DNA of 64,000 nucleotides from an uncultured Gemmatimonadota bacterium (GTDB lineage Bacteria; JAAXHH01): NCBI GenBank assembly GCA_951812955.1, contig OX638340.1, positions 3,456,001 to 3,520,000 of the forward strand, read 5' to 3'. Shown piece by piece: positions 60,830 to 64,000 of this stretch (position 1 is its first letter; each line of letters starts with the position of its first letter). The notes under the pieces were generated by a model. It saw only the letters and a program-made list of their open reading frames with translations, ran no database searches and was not told where the DNA came from. The position numbers and the translations under genes were made by a program.

Positions 60830-63580
60830 CTAGAACATGAACCCGACGAACAGATACTGGCCGATCTTGTCCTTGCCTTGCATCATCGCCACGCTCAACG
60901 TCGCACGCCGCTCGGCAAAGGAAACCCAGAGCCCGCCGCCCCTGGCGAAATGCCAGTCATCGGCCTCCCGGGGGTCGTCCGCAAAGAATACCCGTCCCGC
61001 GTCGACGGCGGCGAACACGCCGAGTTCACCGGGAACCAGGAACTTGATTCGAGTCAGCCGAAACCGGAACTCGCCGTTCCCGAATACCGCGGAATCCCCC
61101 GCAAATCGATACTTGAGGAATCCCCGCAGGTTGCCGGATCCCCCAATCGCGGCCGCTTCGTGGAAAGGGTACGCTCCAAGGACGGTTATGCCGCCCACGC
61201 GCAGGGCGAGGGTGGGGGAAGCGGGTACGTCAACTGACAGGTAGGTGGACGCCTCGCCGGCAACGTGGCCGAATACCGACTCCACGTCCCAAAGCGCAGG
61301 GTAGAGTTCGCCCGCGAGCCTTAACCGTACGCCCCGCATTGCATGGCCCGGATTGTCGCGGGTATCAAAATCGAGTTCTCCACGAACGCCGATCTGCCCG
61401 AAGCTTCCCGTCCCGTACAGTGGTGTTTCATAGGTGTTGATAAATTTGCCCTCGTTATTGTCCAACAAGGAGTTGGTTATCTTGACGATCGGTCCCCCCG
61501 CCAGATTCCACTTCCCATGAGTCGCCACGGAACCGGAGAAGGATAGCGCGGGCGCGAGAAAAAACTGCGCCTGATCCATCTCGTAGAACGGTTCGTCCTG
61601 CGCGAGGTCCACACCGTTGCCGAAGCCGTTGAAGCGAACCATGTTGATGCCGGAGTATCCCATGTCCAACTGACCGTCCAGGTTACGCAGCAAATGGCGG
61701 AACGTACCGGAATAGGAAACGAAGGGCTTTACTCCTCCCCGGGAGGCGATTCCGATGTCAATAGCATGCCGCGAGGCATACGGATCCTTTCGATAGCCAT
61801 AGTTTAACCGGTTGTAGCGCAGCCCCGTGTAAATCCCGGTATCAGAGGTATAGTTGACGATCGGCTTCGTGCCCGATACGGAGCCCCAGTCGAGTTTGTA
61901 CACGTCCTGCGAAATCGCGCTCTCGTTTCTTGGACGCCTGTACCGGCGCTCGTTGATATGCGCCCTGTTATCGTCGAAGCGGTTCTGCCCGCGCGCGTCG
62001 TAAAACCGCGTCATCCGCCGTCCGGACCGGGACCGGTTCGCGTAGGTGTCGTCACCGCCTCCACCGTCCACGTGAATCCTGATCCCGGCCCGCTCTCCGA
62101 TGACGGCGATCCGATCGTCCCCTCCATGCATGTAGATCCTGACTTCCTTTGTCTCGCGGGGATACAGGATACGGTGGAAGTAGGGGGCATTCTCCGTACC
62201 GGCCAGGCTGATACGAACTTCGAGCGCGCCGTCCTCCCGGTGTTCCAACTCGAGGTGTTCGTCCTCGTCCGTTCCCCTGATCTCGACCTTCCTGCTGATC
62301 AAGCCGTAGTACCGCGCCGCGAACTCGCCGAGTCGATCCCGGCGTACCTTCAACGTCCGGGTAAGGAAGTCCCCCACCTGCCGGTAGTACGGGTCCGGTA
62401 GCCGCCGGACGGCATCCTCGATCACCGGGTTCGACAATTCGGACTGGACCGTGGCGACCACCGCGTCCCACGCGCTCCACTCCAGTTCCGCCAGCAGCCT
62501 GCGGTCCAGTTCCCAGCCCGTGCGGGAGAGTCCCAGATGGTTTGGAAACTTCACCTGAAAGCGGACGAACTTGGGTTCGATACGGCGCACCAGTTTCATC
62601 AATTGGCCATCCAGATCGATAAACGCCTTGTCTCTGTCTTCGGGGACGGGCAACCACGTGTAGCAGTCCCCGACCGGAAACTGCGCCCAGCGCCATTGTC
62701 CCCGGTGCCGGTCCGAATCGCCGATGAGAAAATCGATGAGCCGCGCCTTGAGATAGGCCCGCGCGTCCACGCTTTCGCAGGGCGTCTCCTCGAGGCGTTC
62801 GTACAGTCTCTCCGAGCCGCTCACCCTGCGGGACCCGGCAAACCCCGGCTCGTTACCGGCGGCCTCGGACGGATGTTCCTGCAGGGTACCTATCAGTCCG
62901 GCATATTCCTCGCGAAACGATCCCAGCCTGGGATCATCGGGTATCACCAATAGCTTGTGCGGCGCGTGCAGAATGCCCGTTGCCTCCATCAGAGCATCCA
63001 CCACAAGGCCCGCCGCCGGCAGATGGGCGCTCACGAGATCCTGGATCACGTCCTCGACGACGGTGTCCTTGAGCTCCTCCAACAGCCGCTTGGACGGATC
63101 CTTGTCGATGGAGCGCACCGTGTAACGGCGGCCGTCATTGCCAATAAAGTGCAATGAAATGGACTGGCCGGCGCCGCCCGGCCGCATGGGCGACAATCCG
63201 CCGCCAACTTCATCGAGATCGAGGACCGGAAGCTCGACCGGTGTCGTCCAAAGCTGCCGGTAGTTTTTGCCATAAACCCACTGTCCGTAACTACTTGCCC
63301 TGAATCTTCCTCCCGGTACGGCCGTATGCGTCGAGTCGCCCATCTCGGGGATTGAACGGTGAATCAACTGACCAGCCCGGTTCGCCTCGCTTGCTTGGCC
63401 TTCTTGACCTGCCTGGCCTGGCTGATCTGCTTGATCTGTCTGGCCTGTCTGACCTGCCTGCCCTTCCTGGCCTGCCTGCGCCGCTGCCGAATCAGTACCC
63501 GCAAAAGACAGAACGATTACAGGGAGAGCAATGATCCACCAAAACTTGCAGGGATGGAACAAGCGCACGTTGAGGTTCAT
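60830..63580 (-). CDS. Omp85/BamA-family outer-membrane beta-barrel protein with unusual N-terminal domain and GQ-rich repeat
   Basis: Likely start MNLNVRLFHPCKFWWIIALPVIVLSFAGTDSAAAQA (the track ORF starts at 63628). GQAGQEGQAGQTGQTDQADQPGQAGQEGQ repeat. The N-terminal domain has an IDFLIGDSDRHRGQW motif. C-terminal surface-antigen (D15) barrel segments GGSGNLRGFLKYRFAGDSAVFGNGEFRFRL...GGGLWVSF... ending ...QYLFVGFMF. Confidence 0.6.
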   Translation of the reverse strand: MNLNVRLFHPCKFWWIIALPVIVLSFAGTDSAAAQAGQEGQAGQTGQTDQADQPGQAGQEGQASEANRAGQLIHRSIPEMGDSTHTAVPGGRFRASSYGQWVYGKNYRQLWTTPVELPVLDLDEVGGGLSPMRPGGAGQSISLHFIGNDGRRYTVRSIDKDPSKRLLEELKDTVVEDVIQDLVSAHLPAAGLVVDALMEATGILHAPHKLLVIPDDPRLGSFREEYAGLIGTLQEHPSEAAGNEPGFAGSRRVSGSERLYERLEETPCESVDARAYLKARLIDFLIGDSDRHRGQWRWAQFPVGDCYTWLPVPEDRDKAFIDLDGQLMKLVRRIEPKFVRFQVKFPNHLGLSRTGWELDRRLLAELEWSAWDAVVATVQSELSNPVIEDAVRRLPDPYYRQVGDFLTRTLKVRRDRLGEFAARYYGLISRKVEIRGTDEDEHLELEHREDGALEVRISLAGTENAPYFHRILYPRETKEVRIYMHGGDDRIAVIGERAGIRIHVDGGGGDDTYANRSRSGRRMTRFYDARGQNRFDDNRAHINERRYRRPRNESAISQDVYKLDWGSVSGTKPIVNYTSDTGIYTGLRYNRLNYGYRKDPYASRHAIDIGIASRGGVKPFVSYSGTFRHLLRNLDGQLDMGYSGINMVRFNGFGNGVDLAQDEPFYEMDQAQFFLAPALSFSGSVATHGKWNLAGGPIVKITNSLLDNNEGKFINTYETPLYGTGSFGQIGVRGELDFDTRDNPGHAMRGVRLRLAGELYPALWDVESVFGHVAGEASTYLSVDVPASPTLALRVGGITVLGAYPFHEAAAIGGSGNLRGFLKYRFAGDSAVFGNGEFRFRLTRIKFLVPGELGVFAAVDAGRVFFADDPREADDWHFARGGGLWVSFAERRATLSVAMMQGKDKIGQYLFVGFMF
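63380..63490. repeat. short tandem repeat (9/18-bp CTGGCCTGCCTGACCTGC-like) encoding the GQAGQ repeats of the Omp85-family protein (minus strand)
   Basis: gcttggccttcttgacctgcctggcctggctgatctgcttgatctgtctggcctgtctgacctgcctgcccttcctggcctgcctgcgc. Confidence 0.8.
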
Positions 63581-63739
63581 TTCAGTCTCCTGGTCTATAC
63601 CTTCAAATAGGCTGGATCCAGTTAACATGAATGATCTATGATTCTTGTAGCGTTACGTCCTTACAGTAGTTTAACGTCGACAGGCAACACAGGGAAGTGT
63701 TACTTACAAGCGTACCACAAACACAACATTTTATGAAGA

Positions 63740-63840
63740 CCGGATGAGGTTTGTCGCGCCGATGAGCGGTCTCATGCCCACCTGGCCGCAGGATACGGTG
63801 AAACTTGACCGGGCGTCGCAGACGCCTTTTCTTTGAATAC
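63740..63840 (+). repeat. third copy of the terminator-containing 3'-flank element
   Basis: cctggccgcaggatacggtgaaacttgaccgggcgtcgcagacgccttttctttgaatac, with hairpin GGCGTC GCA GACGCC plus T-tract. Confidence 0.55.
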
Positions 63841-63909
63841 ACACCGTTTTCGAACCATCCCGGTGATTTCATGGACAGTCACCGCCAACACCAACACCTG
63901 GAGCGAAAG

Positions 63910-64000
63910 ATGATCGGAAAACTACGCCATGTCGTTTCGCAGTTGATGATGACCTCCATGCCGATACGTATGATCTCCGTGCCACTGCTGCTAACCGGGT
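63910..64000 (+). CDS. possible 5' end of a hypothetical membrane protein (partial, runs off window)
   Basis: ATG at 63910 gives MIGKLRHVVSQLMMTSMPIRMISVPLLLTG..., open to the window edge. No RBS was evaluated. Confidence 0.2.
   Translation, partial: MIGKLRHVVSQLMMTSMPIRMISVPLLLTG

Noticed and set aside
1-64000. tRNA, rRNA or other conserved housekeeping RNA genes
   Set aside because: No T-psi-C-like GGTTCGAATCC-type motifs and no 16S/23S-like conserved stretches were noticed. A proper tRNAscan/Infernal run is needed to be sure.

Overview
This is a GC-rich window from a Gram-negative bacterium; the Omp85/BamA-like, LptD-like and OmpA-like barrel genes and the many lipobox signals point to an outer membrane. 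Most of it is an accessory-type surface-protein region. Six paralogous LRR lipoproteins are present: lipobox, poly-Pro linker, Big_2 Ig-like domains, and blocks of plant-specific-type 24-residue LRRs with plant-LRRNT-like N-caps and Cys-pair C-caps. One of them is 2410 aa long. A ~490-aa metzincin-like Zn-protease module (HExxHxxGxxH plus an LMSY Met-turn) is shared as a C-terminal domain by one LRR protein and by an 1849-aa CARDB-repeat lipoprotein. Other surface genes include cadherin-like and Calx-beta proteins, one with an autotransporter-like barrel, and two collagen-like (Gly-X-Y) lipoproteins, one of which is fused to a trypsin-like domain. The LRR genes recur in a three-gene unit: a hybrid GAF-PAS-HisKA-HATPase-REC-winged-helix one-component regulator, then a convergent small membrane/coiled-coil (XhlA/DUF1640-like) gene, then a divergent LRR lipoprotein gene with a conserved 5' leader. 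This unit occurs at least three times in different states of decay. It is surrounded by an AT-rich composite repeat family with the motifs TAGTCGGAG...CTCGAACTTTTTT...AAAAAGTTC, a 4x ~95-bp tandem array, CTGT-N8-ACAG palindromes, 13-bp direct-repeat arrays, and many gene-fragment remnants. I consider this unit the best candidate for an undescribed, possibly variable, surface/regulatory system. Ordinary housekeeping genes are also present: a beta-propeller lactonase, an AMP-dependent ligase, a thiolase, an LptD-like gene, and a DUF4956/YjiK-like/metallophosphoesterase cluster. In these GC-rich coding regions most overlapping opposite-strand ORFs in the six-frame track are spurious. No rRNA, tRNA or CRISPR array was recognised.
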